The notes under the pieces were generated by a model. That model had not been told where the DNA came from, ran no database searches, and was given only the letters and a program-made list of their open reading frames with translations. This document shows, one piece after another, positions 19,559 to 31,300 of a DNA stretch of 64,000 nucleotides. Each line of letters opens with the position of its first letter. Positions within the stretch are counted from its first letter, which is position 1. Source of the DNA: a virus. The position numbers were made by a program, and so were the translations under genes. Location of the stretch: positions 1 through 64,000 of the IMG/VR virus record IMGVR_UViG_3300035703_000049. One strand, given 5' to 3'.

Positions 19559-19563
19559 TATTT

Positions 19564-20472
19564 TTAAGCTTGAGTATTTGTAATTGTAGTTGGTGTTACT
19601 GATCCCCAAACATTACTAATAAAAACTGATGAAGGAGGAACTACAGAAACATCGAATATTACGTTACCTTGAACGTTATTACCTCCCACTGGTAATGCTT
19701 CGTCTGCAGATGCATCAGTTAAATCAACGTCTACATATAAAATAGTAGCCGATCCTGCACTAGCATCTAATCTAGCTTTGAACACTGCATTATTAGTATT
19801 ATACCCACCAGTAGCAGTAGTACTAAATTGTTGTATAATTGTTTGATAACCAGTAGTTAAATCATAAAATCCTAAATTAGTGTTATTAACTGTAGGTGAT
19901 CCTGAACCGCCAATTTTTCCGCTTGTTTGAGCTGTTATTCTTGCAGTACCACAAGCCGCCAATAATGCATCCCAATCAGTTGACTTTGTATTACCAGACA
20001 AAACAGAGTTAGCAAGGGTAAAATCTATATAACCCCCAGCATTGAAAAAGTAGCGCATTGCGCTTGCATTTGCCCAAGTTAAACTTATTTCTTTAGTTGC
20101 TGAAGTTACCCAAGTAGTTGTGTTTGAAATTGTAGTGTTTGCTGCTGTACCAAATGCAACTGCTGTTAATCTATTTGTAGTTAGGGTAGAAATTACAGAA
20201 CTTAATGTACTTAAATATGTGATAGTATCTCCAGCAATAGGACTAGTTAATCCTGTTAAGGAATTAGTTTGATGTCTAGACATACTATCAAGTCTGCTTA
20301 ATAATGTCGCCCATTGAGTAGCAGTAACCGTATTACCTGCTGCCACCGTAGACAAAGTGGTAGATTGACCGTAACCGCTATCTCCAGAACCAACTCCCCA
20401 AATTGCATTTACAGATGCAACGAACCCATTATAATCTGTTGCCTCAATCAATCCACCACTTGCATAAGTCAT
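19564..20472 (-). CDS. Virion structural protein (tail fibre/baseplate associated)
   Basis: T/S/G/A-rich, MTYASGGLIEATDYN start, MRYFFNAGG; last gene of the tail module. Confidence 0.6.
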   Translation of the reverse strand: MTYASGGLIEATDYNGFVASVNAIWGVGSGDSGYGQSTTLSTVAAGNTVTATQWATLLSRLDSMSRHQTNSLTGLTSPIAGDTITYLSTLSSVISTLTTNRLTAVAFGTAANTTISNTTTWVTSATKEISLTWANASAMRYFFNAGGYIDFTLANSVLSGNTKSTDWDALLAACGTARITAQTSGKIGGSGSPTVNNTNLGFYDLTTGYQTIIQQFSTTATGGYNTNNAVFKARLDASAGSATILYVDVDLTDASADEALPVGGNNVQGNVIFDVSVVPPSSVFISNVWGSVTPTTITNTQA

Positions 20473-20485
20473 CTACATTTTCCCT

Positions 20486-21961
20486 TTATTGTACCTTAAC
20501 TATTGCGTTAATAATTCCTACATCAATAGTGTTCTTTGTTTCTAGTGATCTTCCAATTACGTTAAAGCTTGTAGCTTCGCCTACGTTAGCTGCACGGGCT
20601 AGTCCGTTACCAGCTGATACAAGTCTGTCGCCACGATTAACTTTTCCAATTACTTTAACTGGTACACGACCACTTAATGCAACGGCTGGATGTGTGTCAT
20701 TTTTACCAGCACGACCGTTTAGTAAGAAACCTGGTTGTGTTGAAATAACACCAAATACTTTATCGCTTAGTTCACTTTCTACAGCAGTAATTTCTTTTTC
20801 GCCACCAAGTTCTACAACTGTACCTGGTTCATAAACACTGTCTGCTTCAAAACGTTCTGCCAAGTCGGCGTATTCTGCTTCGGTAGCAGTACCAAACAAG
20901 TTTACGCAATAAATGTCTGCATATTTTCTAATAGAACTACCTAGATTACGTGTACTATCAGCATCTGGAATTAAATTACCAGCTAATGCTGTTGAACCGT
21001 TTGCTCTTAAGAATCCAGTAGTTGAGTTATCAACATAAGCAGTAGTTGCCAATCTTGTTGAATTGTCACCAGCTGTTGGAGTTGCAAATGCGCTTACAAA
21101 TCCTGTTGCACCATCAACAGTTAGTGCTGTTGTTACACCACCAGTTGATCTGTTAATACGCAATAGTATATCGCCATCTGGGGTATTATTTGAAACAAAT
21201 GCATCAGAACCAGTAACAGACAATCTTAAATCACTGTCTACACCAAGTGTTACTCCATTATCGTTTGCAACAGTTAGTGAACCTGACATACTGGCGTTTG
21301 CGTCAGAACGAACAAATTGTGTGCTATTTAAGTTATCAAGTAAATCTGCATTAGTAGCTGTACCAACTAAAGATGCACCTACAACCGCACTTGATATTTG
21401 TATACCAGGACTAATAGTAGCAAAACCTGGAATTGAAGTTTGAGGAGTAAATGTCGAATCTTTTGAAACAATTGCAACAATTACTTCGTTTACGAAAAAT
21501 TGGACGACAACGTGACTTGCGCCAGTATTGTCAACAACAGTAGTAATAACTGCACCCGAAACACCAGTTCCAGCAGTAAAGCTTGGACCAATTAGTGTCC
21601 AACTTGCACCGTTATAAACTCTAAGCTGTGCATTAACAGTATCAAACCAAAGATCACCAAGTGTAGCACCAGTTGGTTGTGTAGCACTTGCTGTTGAACC
21701 TGAGATAATCTTAAAACCTGAACCTGTATAAACTTTTAATGAGTTATTTGAAAGATCCCACCAAAGTTGTCCTGCTAATGGGCTTGCTGGCTGACTGCTT
21801 GAAGCAAAATTTTCCATTAATTTAACAAAGTTTTCGTTTAAAATTTCACCGTAACCGCTGTAGTTTTTACCAATTAAGGTAATGTCTGAAGTGTTGTCAA
21901 TTGTACCATCAGCAATTGTTGTTAACACCCCACCGTTAGTCTTGTTTATAGTATATGCCAT
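20486..21961 (-). CDS. Tail fibre/baseplate protein with C-terminal intramolecular-chaperone (peptidase G2-like) domain
   Basis: MAYTINKTNG..LIGKNYSGYGE..ENF..GQLWWD; C-terminal YADLAERF..GVIS..VALSGRVPVKV..GDRL. Confidence 0.7.
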   Translation of the reverse strand: MAYTINKTNGGVLTTIADGTIDNTSDITLIGKNYSGYGEILNENFVKLMENFASSSQPASPLAGQLWWDLSNNSLKVYTGSGFKIISGSTASATQPTGATLGDLWFDTVNAQLRVYNGASWTLIGPSFTAGTGVSGAVITTVVDNTGASHVVVQFFVNEVIVAIVSKDSTFTPQTSIPGFATISPGIQISSAVVGASLVGTATNADLLDNLNSTQFVRSDANASMSGSLTVANDNGVTLGVDSDLRLSVTGSDAFVSNNTPDGDILLRINRSTGGVTTALTVDGATGFVSAFATPTAGDNSTRLATTAYVDNSTTGFLRANGSTALAGNLIPDADSTRNLGSSIRKYADIYCVNLFGTATEAEYADLAERFEADSVYEPGTVVELGGEKEITAVESELSDKVFGVISTQPGFLLNGRAGKNDTHPAVALSGRVPVKVIGKVNRGDRLVSAGNGLARAANVGEATSFNVIGRSLETKNTIDVGIINAIVKVQ

Positions 21962-21994
21962 TTAATTGAATCTCCTGCGTATAGCTGCTGTACG

Positions 21995-22002
21995 TATTTA
22001 TT
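21995..22002 (-). promoter_or_regulatory. T4-like late promoter (AATAAATA)
   Basis: Intergenic, ~35 nt upstream of the ATG at 21961; a second CATAAATA lies at 22021-22028. Confidence 0.55.
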
Positions 22003-22023
22003 ACTGAAATAATATACACATAT

Positions 22024-22683
22024 TTATGCGATTGTTCCTAAGTTAGTTAATGTTTGTATCCTAACTGTATAATCAATTTGTATTAATCTATTTAAGCTTT
22101 TTTGAATAGGATGAAAAATAACATGCGTTAGTAGTTTACCTGCACCCTCATCTCCGCCCCAAGATTTTAATCCTAATTCATCAAATACGAAATCATCATC
22201 TAAACCAATACTATTGTCAAATGCTTGTTGCCCAGCTGGTTCACCGTAATCTAATAAACAAGTAACAAAAACGTCACTGTAAATTAAACCGGGAGTATGT
22301 CTAATTTCAATTTTGTTTCTACTTGGATCAGTATTTAAAGAACTATTGTCATCAACTACTTTATAATAAGTTGGGTTATATAAATCGGCATTAGCACCTG
22401 TTGTGTTTGATGGTAGATATGTAATAATACCAGTAGTATCTACGCTAGTGCCGCCATTTCCAAAATGCATTTCATGGACAAATCCTACACCTTTATTTCC
22501 TAAACTAAGTGCTAATGCTTCACTCATATTTTCATAGTGAATTGCATTTCGTTTATCAACAAACACTTCATTAGTTTTAGGGTCAAATATTTTAATATGA
22601 CCTTGAACTTGAATGCTTGAAGCTTCGTCTGGTTTGTATTCGTTCATTTTTTTATCCAATTTGTTTAAATTATTACTGCCCAT
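22024..22683 (-). CDS. Baseplate/tail structural protein
   Basis: GHIKIFD..NAIH..FGNGG..FDELGL..THVIFHPIQKS; lies within the tail module; start may be the internal MNEYK. Confidence 0.6.
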   Translation of the reverse strand: MGSNNLNKLDKKMNEYKPDEASSIQVQGHIKIFDPKTNEVFVDKRNAIHYENMSEALALSLGNKGVGFVHEMHFGNGGTSVDTTGIITYLPSNTTGANADLYNPTYYKVVDDNSSLNTDPSRNKIEIRHTPGLIYSDVFVTCLLDYGEPAGQQAFDNSIGLDDDFVFDELGLKSWGGDEGAGKLLTHVIFHPIQKSLNRLIQIDYTVRIQTLTNLGTIA

Positions 22684-25364
22684 ACGTATACCTGTTCGTT
22701 TGTTTTATTGGAAATAGCTTTTGCAAAAACAGCATTTCCTAAATCATTTTTCCCAACACTAATTGCATACCCATGGGTTTCACTAGTAATTAGCAAATCT
22801 CCTTTAGTAACTGTTCCAACACACTTAACTTTTACTTTGCCGCGTAATGCTATTGGAGGGAATAAATCGTTATTATCAGTATCATTCATTATATATGCTG
22901 GATTTTCTGATACAACACCTGCAACAGAAACATCACCTTGTATATTAGTTGTAGTTATTTCTTTATTACCACCAAACACAACTACTGTGCCAACATCATA
23001 TACGACATCAGCTTCATATTTTTCTGCTAAGTCGGCATATTGAGCACTTGAAGAAACACCCCAAATATTTGCGAATCTTAAGGATGTTGACCCTAAATTG
23101 TATGTTACGTTTGCTGTTGGTAAAATATTTGCTGTAACATTTACAGAAGTATCAATTGCCATACGTGTTACAGCAGCATTTAACGCTGAACTGCTAGTGC
23201 TTGCATTAGCTGTTTGGAAAATTAATGTTCCACCAGAACCTGTACCAGTACCTCTGCCGGATCTTATTGTTAAGTTAGCACCTGTTATATTTGTACCACT
23301 TGCATCGGTTGCTCTAATTGTAGAAGCTACTGGTGTAGCACTTGTATCTGATGCACCAAATATATGTGTTGGGTTTCTATGAATTGCTGTACCGGATGTA
23401 GCACCGACTGTCAAGGTAGTAGCTGCACCTGCAAAATTTACAGTTGTTGCAGTAGTGTTTATTAAATTAGTTGTAGCTGCACCAGTAATTAAATCACCAC
23501 CAGCAAATGTAATATCACCCTGAGCGTATATATCTTTCCATCTCAGTGAATCTGATCCTAAATCAAATGTGTTTGTTGTAGTAGGTAAAATATTTGAATT
23601 TACGCCCGACGCACTAAATGTTGTAGTTCCATCTACATTTAAATTACCACTTAAAAAAATACTTCTAAATTTGTTTGAGTTAGAACCTAAATCTATTGCG
23701 CTTGTTGATGGAATTAATGCTGCTGAAAAACGCCCTAATAAATTTATTGTATCAGATGACGATGCACCAAGCGTTAAGCTTCCTGACAGAGAACTTATTC
23801 CATTTACTGCTAATCCAGTTGAAGTTATAGTGCCATTTACATCTAAAGCGGTTGTTGGGTTGGTTTTCTTTATACCAACATTACCGGTACCATTTGGTAA
23901 AATTTGAATATTACCATTTGAATTAGTTGATTCAAGATTGCCGTTTATTAATCTTAAATTACCGCCATTAACTGTAGTACCATTTAATGTAGTTACATTT
24001 GCTGTTCCTGTTACTATTAATGTAGTACCGTCAAATGTTAAATTTGAGCTATCTACAAGTGCATCATTTGCACCTACATAAACAACACGATTAGTTGTTA
24101 AATCAGTAACAGCAAGTGTTGAAGCAATTACTTCACCACTACCATTTGGAGTTAAATTAATATTACCATTAGTATCAGTTGATATAATAGTATTGTCATT
24201 GATTTGTATGTTATCAATATTAGCTATTGTTAAATTGCCAACACTAGTAATATTTGGTTGCGCTGCACTTGTAACTGTGCTAGTTGTTCCTGCTGAGGCA
24301 GCATTTAAGTTAGCTACTTGTGTAGTTGAATTAACTACAAAAGGAGCAGTACCTGTTGCAACGTTACTAATTAGTCTAGATGCTGTTACAACATTAGATA
24401 CGTTAATATCTGTTACATTAGCACTTCCAGTAACTGTTAAGGTTGTTCCACTAAAGCTTAAATTGGAACTGGTTAAAATCTCTTTAGCTGCCCCTGCATA
24501 AAAAATACCTGCTGCACTTACTGATCCAGTATCTATGATTACGTTTCCGGTTCCGTTTGGATCTAATGTTATATTTCCATCCACATTTGTAGAAACTAAA
24601 CTATTTGTAGTAAGTTGTAAATTGCCGCCACTTACGGTCAAAAATACAGTATTAGCAGAACTGCTTATGTCTTGTGAATTTGAAATAGTAATAACATTTG
24701 AGACGGGAGAAGAAATATCAATACCATTGCTGCCAGCAAGTGTATAAAATCTTAAATCTTGAGCAACTTTAACAGCAAAGATACCTTGTCCTGCACCAAT
24801 ATTACTACCAGTATTTGCTTCGCCACCTGTTGCTCCCGGTGGTTGAGCTGGTTCCCAAACTTGGTTAATAACATTCCAAGTTAACACGTCTCCTGTTGCT
24901 GGAGGTGTAGTATATTCAACATCCGCTAAATCATCTGCTGTAGCTAAAGCAATCCTGTCATCAACTCTAGAGTTTGTAAAATATAAATTTGAACCTTCAG
25001 CGACATTACTAGTAGTAGTATTTAATGATATAGTACCAGTAGTTGAACTATAACTTATACCTGTTCCGGCAACTAAACTTTCTCTTGCCCTGCCCTGTGT
25101 AAAATATACATTAGTTGTGCCTTCTGTTAATGCATCAGTAGTTTTTGTTGAAAAATCAGTATTAAATCTAGATGTTGTATAATATTGATTGGTTCCTTCA
25201 GCAATATTTGAAGTCGTTAAAACTACAACACCAGATTGCCCGTTTACACTTATAACTTCTGCATTTTCAAGCGTTGCGATACGTGTATCTAAATCAGAAA
25301 AGTTTCCATCTAATTCATCATATGTTAAAGGGGAACCCTTTTCTGTTCGCAATGTAATAGTCAT
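22665..25364 (-). CDS. Tail fibre protein with repeats and C-terminal intramolecular-chaperone domain
   Basis: LRTEKGSPLTYDELDGNF N-terminus; triplicated TTxxxxEGxxxxYFT, NGNIxxxPNGTG and LPxxxxxxLGSxSxR repeats; YADLAEKY domain. Confidence 0.8.
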   Translation of the reverse strand: MTITLRTEKGSPLTYDELDGNFSDLDTRIATLENAEVISVNGQSGVVVLTTSNIAEGTNQYYTTSRFNTDFSTKTTDALTEGTTNVYFTQGRARESLVAGTGISYSSTTGTISLNTTTSNVAEGSNLYFTNSRVDDRIALATADDLADVEYTTPPATGDVLTWNVINQVWEPAQPPGATGGEANTGSNIGAGQGIFAVKVAQDLRFYTLAGSNGIDISSPVSNVITISNSQDISSSANTVFLTVSGGNLQLTTNSLVSTNVDGNITLDPNGTGNVIIDTGSVSAAGIFYAGAAKEILTSSNLSFSGTTLTVTGSANVTDINVSNVVTASRLISNVATGTAPFVVNSTTQVANLNAASAGTTSTVTSAAQPNITSVGNLTIANIDNIQINDNTIISTDTNGNINLTPNGSGEVIASTLAVTDLTTNRVVYVGANDALVDSSNLTFDGTTLIVTGTANVTTLNGTTVNGGNLRLINGNLESTNSNGNIQILPNGTGNVGIKKTNPTTALDVNGTITSTGLAVNGISSLSGSLTLGASSSDTINLLGRFSAALIPSTSAIDLGSNSNKFRSIFLSGNLNVDGTTTFSASGVNSNILPTTTNTFDLGSDSLRWKDIYAQGDITFAGGDLITGAATTNLINTTATTVNFAGAATTLTVGATSGTAIHRNPTHIFGASDTSATPVASTIRATDASGTNITGANLTIRSGRGTGTGSGGTLIFQTANASTSSSALNAAVTRMAIDTSVNVTANILPTANVTYNLGSTSLRFANIWGVSSSAQYADLAEKYEADVVYDVGTVVVFGGNKEITTTNIQGDVSVAGVVSENPAYIMNDTDNNDLFPPIALRGKVKVKCVGTVTKGDLLITSETHGYAISVGKNDLGNAVFAKAISNKTNEQVYVWAVII

Positions 25365-25382
25365 TTAATTCTCCAACAGTAT

Positions 25383-28300
25383 TTAATATAAATTACCCAC
25401 AACATATCCATTAATTACATAACTTGCCTCAAGATACTTTACGTCAAACACTTTACTTATTGGTAACGCAGTATCCTGTAACAAGAATTTAACTTGTTCT
25501 GTTGTGCTATATTGTAAACCAAGTCCATTTGTAGCGTCAAACTCGCCTTGATCATACCAAACTTTATTATGAGCATTTGGTATTCGCTGTAAGAAGCTCG
25601 CATCTTGAACTAATGTATTAAGTGGAATTGCTAATACTGCACCAGTTCCATCAATCCCTCTCCTAATTTGTGTTAATTTATTATTTTCTAAATCTACACC
25701 ATAATACAGAATTCTCTCTCCACCAACCATTATTATTCCTGGGATTGCTAATTCTGTGTTTGGTTGAGCCAAGACGCTAGCATCTTTTACAAATATTTCT
25801 GTATCAGTAATATTCAAAGTACGTGCTAGTTCTGTAGTAGATCTTGCACCAATTCTGTAGTAATTCCAGTTATCATTTAAATCCTTAAACAATCTAAATG
25901 CAACAGCGGGTATTTGTTGATTTTCTCCAAATTGCGTAATTACTAACAATGATTCATCAAACATAGTAATGTTATTAGATAATTTTATCTTTGTACCATT
26001 TTCAATTAATTCATAATCATTATTAGGCAATAGATATCGTCCGCCATCGATTGCATCTTGATCTAATGTTACCCAAAGATAATTAATATTATTAACAGGT
26101 GTTGGTAAATCATAAATTTTTGTGTTTATTAAATTAGCTTGAACGCTATCATAATTTACAGAATCAAAACCAACGTCATCAAACCCAATCAAAGTAAGAA
26201 CGTTAGATTCTACAGTTCCTTGATAAACACTAGTTTTAATTCCTAGTCTTTCATCATTAGTAAATGTTGTAACACGAATAACATCATTTGTATCTAAACT
26301 TATACTTTGAGAAATTATTATAGTTTTTTCATCAAGTAGTGAATATTCAGCCTTGTTTGTTAAGCTTATAGTTAGTAAATCTAAATCTGTTGGGACTAGA
26401 GAATATAAAATTATTCTAGGTATTGAGCTACCATCAGTTGGTAATAAATCCCAATCGATTGTTGGTAATAGTTGTTCTCCATTTAAAGCTACTCTAACAG
26501 TAGATTCATTAATTGAATTTATATCTATATCTCTTGTATACGGAATATCAAATTCAATAGTTGAATTATCACCAATATAATATTTTTGATTTGGTGGTCT
26601 TAATCTATTATTGTTTAATTCAACTATTATTTTTTCTGCACTTGGATAACTATAACCAATTTCATTAGCTAGTGTAAATGTATAGTTTGTTGGATAAACG
26701 TTACCTGTTACATTAAACAATTCCGTGTTTAAATCAACAAATTGCTGTTCAGTTGATTCAGTATAGAATAAATGAACATGTATAGTATCATTGTCTGTTA
26801 AAGTTATTGAATCGTCAATTGTTAAAGTTGTTAACCCTTGACTAAACAAAGCTAATTCGTAATCTTCAATTTTTTCACCGTTTAGCGTAACTAAAGATTG
26901 ATAAATTAAATCTAAATCAATTTGAAGTGTGTAGCTGTTTATGTTTTCTTGGCAAGCAATTTCTTGATCATAAATTAATCCTTCGCCGCCGCCATTGATT
27001 GCATAAATGTACAATACATCATTTGTTAACAATGATTTTAACATTGTAATAGTTTTATTTTTAAAGTTAATTGTGTAATCTATGTTTTGATCTAATCTAC
27101 CATAATTTTTTGATATAACAATTAAATCGTCACCTTTAGTAATCGTTGTATTAAAAGGATAAACATTGTCAGTATTAACATCATATACTGTAGTAGTAAT
27201 TAATAAACCAAGACCTTTGTCAGCAAAGTCACTTGCTGGTACTGTAAACACTCTAATATCTAATGTATCATAAACTCTACCTGGTATTGCTTCTTCTGGT
27301 GCATGACTTGAGTAAGTATCAACAAATTTTCCACCATGCGTAATAATATCTTCAGGTTTAGTACCTAATGTAGTATCCAAGAAGTTGCTATATATTGTTT
27401 GATCTAGTACGCTTTCGTCAAGAACACTAACGCCTTCAGGACCAATGATAAATTGATCTAGTCCGCTTATATCGTAAGCACCAACATCAAATCCAGGTTC
27501 GTCTCTAAAACTTGCTCCCTGAACTTTAACGCCTGGATATTCTACACCAGCAAACAATTGTCCTAAATCTTTTCCTGGTAGCCCCGCAGCAGGTTGATAA
27601 TAAGCCCAAGTTCTGTTTAAATGACTTTCAAATTCATCTGCATTTAATTCTCTAAAATCTGTTATTTCAAAAGTTTCGCCAGTAGTCGTAACTGGAACAG
27701 AATCTCTTAAAGTATATGCTTTATTATTGTAAACAATAATATCTCCGCGATCATATCGTGTTTCTAATTGCCACTCTAATACTGTTGGAGCATACAGACT
27801 CATATTTCCATCAACACTAACAACTGTGCCGCTTATATCTAATTCATCTGCACCAACAAAATATCCTAACGATCTTAAGTATGCTTGTAAGAACTCAGCA
27901 GTCCAACCCCCAGGTAACTTTTTATATTGTACTTGTATTCTTCCTGAATCATCCGGGAAAATTCTATAGTTACTTGCGTTTTCAACTGGCCATCCAATTT
28001 GACTTGCTTCTTCTTTAATCCACTCAAATCCGCTGAGTGCGTCTAACAGTTCATCTAACACGCCTTGTTCACCAAATACTCTAGATTTCTTTTGATCTCT
28101 AATATCAACTGGATTTTCAAATTCGTCCAAGAATTGTATTAAGAATCCACCGTTGTTTGGAACACGGTCAAACTTAATTACATCTTTAATACTACGAACT
28201 TTTTTATTACCCATAATTGGTACAAGCACTGCACCTTCGCCGCTTGAATCTTCAATCTCTATAATTGGAGTAGTAATATAACCTATGCCTGAATTTACGT

Positions 28301-31300
28301 GAACTTTTGTTATTTCTCCGTTAACAACAGTAGCATCTAATGTTGTACCGCTTCCTGTTGTACCAACTAAAGTTAATGTAGGAGGAGCAGTATATCCTTC
28401 TCCTGAATTATGAACTAAAATTGATTCTACTTCTAATGTAAAGTTGTTTAACCAAGCAGAATACTCAGGACGTTCAAATATTATGTCATCAATTTCATCT
28501 AACCCAGTTGGACTACGATACTTACCATTTGTTTCATTGTAGTAAGCAGGTATATCAAAATCTGTTACACCTGTATTAGCTGTATCTAAACCTTCATGAC
28601 TGTTAACAAATTCGCGTATTTTTGTATGATAAGGTTTAATTTCTTCAATATATTTGCGTAAATTATCTTGTCTATCTTTTTGTAAGGTTGGTATTTGACT
28701 AATAGCTTGTTGATTACGGTGTTCAACTTTAATAAAACTTGTCTTAAAAATATAATCAACATACTTTTGTTCAGCAAGTAGATGCTGCATCATTAATAAG
28801 AACCAACGATTCTTTTCAATTTGTTCAGTTCCTGAGAATATGTCATTATAAACTGAGCGAAGTATGTTTTGTATTTCAGCAGTTGGCCAATCATCAAAAA
28901 TTTGTATATCAAATGTTTCAATATCAAATCCTTGTGCAAATTTTGTTTGATCCCATATAGCATCAATTATTTTATAAGTAGCTGATTCTTGCTTGATTAT
29001 CTCATAGTTATTATTTGTATATTGTAGTATTACGTATCTACCATTGCCAGCATCTTTTACTTTTACAGTGTCCCCTTCACTTGGGATAATGCTAATAAGT
29101 TGATAACTAAAATCAATAGTATAGTCAGTTACAATTGGATCTATCGCACCTGGTTTTAACCAATCAGCAGTTGTTATATATCTTCTATTATCAAAACTTT
29201 GAACTTTCTCAAGTATCCAATTATTATTAACTTTTTTATAGATAGTCCACTTATCACTTACTTCTTCATCAACTTGAACTAAAACTCTATAGTTTTCAGG
29301 ATAAAGTGAAATATTTAAATATCCTAATTCTGTTCTATCGTTCACTACTTCATCATAAGCATCTGTATAAACGTTCGGAATTTCTTCAAAAGACAATAAG
29401 TTAGTTGTATTTTTATTCTCTCTTGCAGGTATACGACTCAATATTAAATTGACATATTCAACAGCAGATTTTAATGCTGATTTTCTATCTCTATATATTG
29501 TTTGACGTGGTCGGTAAGCAATTCCATATTTTTCACCTAGTGTTAATTTAGGATCTGGAACTAAGTTACCTTGTATATCAGAACCTGCTAAACTGTCAAT
29601 TAATTTTTGAACAACTCTATCATTTGGGATACTTTGTGCATCATTTTCTGATATAAGTTGGAATTCAGCATGTATTGAATTTTCATTGAAAACAACATCA
29701 TACTCAATGCTTAAAACTATATTTTTATCTTGTAGTAAGTTTGAACAATTATAAAGAGCTACTGCATTTGATGCTACAAAAGCTATAAACGGTACGCCAG
29801 TTGAACGTGGATTAGCAATTAAGTTTTCTAAATCAACTGTACTGTATCTACGATTCTTAACGTTTGGTATTGTTCTTTTACCTGCGACCCAATAATAATA
29901 TCTATTAGTTACTATTCCAGTATTTGGATCAATATCAGATACTAGATTAAAATTATTTGATCTTGGGAAAGAAGTTGGATCTTTTTCATCCACAAATTGT
30001 GTAGGAGGCAATATACTTTCTGCCCATTCATAACAAATAATAGTTGATCCAGGAAATGCACTGTTCCAATTTATTCCTCTGTTACTAATGTTCCCTTGTT
30101 CGTAATCAATCCATCTAGTTTGACTAATATCCCACCAAACTTGACCTACGTGTTCTTTACCCCACACTCTTCCAGAAGAATTATTGTTGTAAACTGCTGG
30201 ATCAAATGATGTTTGATACGTTATTTCTTGAGCTGCTAAACCGCTTATTTTTCCTTTTACTGGATCAATAAAATCTAAATCAGTAACAATTTGTTGTGTT
30301 TCTTTGTTATAAAGGAAAACACGGTTAATAAGGTTAATGTCAACTTTAGGACTATTACTTCTAATAGTGTTCCATGGTTTTTTATTTTCATTGTTGTTAA
30401 ATGAGAATATCAAACCTGTATTGTTTCCAGTTGTATCATCGCCTGGAGCACCAATATAAATTGTACTAGCGTTAATTGCTATTGATTTACCGTATTCATC
30501 AAAGCTATCAATTAATGGATTGGTTAGTTTTTGTGCTGACACAAATTGTCCTGGATTTGTAATTGATGAATTTGCTACTGGTATAAATTGATACATCCAA
30601 GCAGCACCGCTTTGCTTTTTAATATCATTAAAGCTAGTTGCGCGTGCATCAAAGTAAGTTGTTTTGTTATCAATAGTTGTTTCTAATCTTGTACTTGCGC
30701 GTGCGCTTCCAACTACTAGTATATCTGCTTCTGGACCAATTGCAAGAGATTTACCAAATTCTACATAATGATCATCTGTTGGGCTGTTAATAGTTTGTTG
30801 ATGAGGGAATATTTCTAAACCAATATCAACTAATGGTTGACCTAACGCTGAAGTTATCAATAATCTTTCACCAGTTATCAAACTGTTAGTTTCTAAGTAA
30901 AGATATCCGTTATCGTTTATTGCTGTGACACCTGGGATAGCTGTCTCATTTATTGCATCAACAATTGCATCTAAATCATACCCGGTTTCAAGGAATACAA
31001 AAAAGTCATTTATAACTAAAACACTATCATCCGTTATAATTGGATCTTGTACGGTTCCCGTAATTACACCAAAGAAACGACCTTGATTAATAAATCTATA
31101 AACTTTTCCTGAATTTATCTTACCACTATCTTTTCTTGGTGCACCGATGTATACAGAGCAATTAGTTGGGCATACTTGTATGCTTTCGCCAAATCCAGAA
31201 TCATCTTCTAAATCATCATTAGCGGATTCTAAAGTTAACTCAGTAGTTTGAACTACATTGTTAGTTTCAATTTTTACTAAAGCGCCGGCATCTGGAGGAG

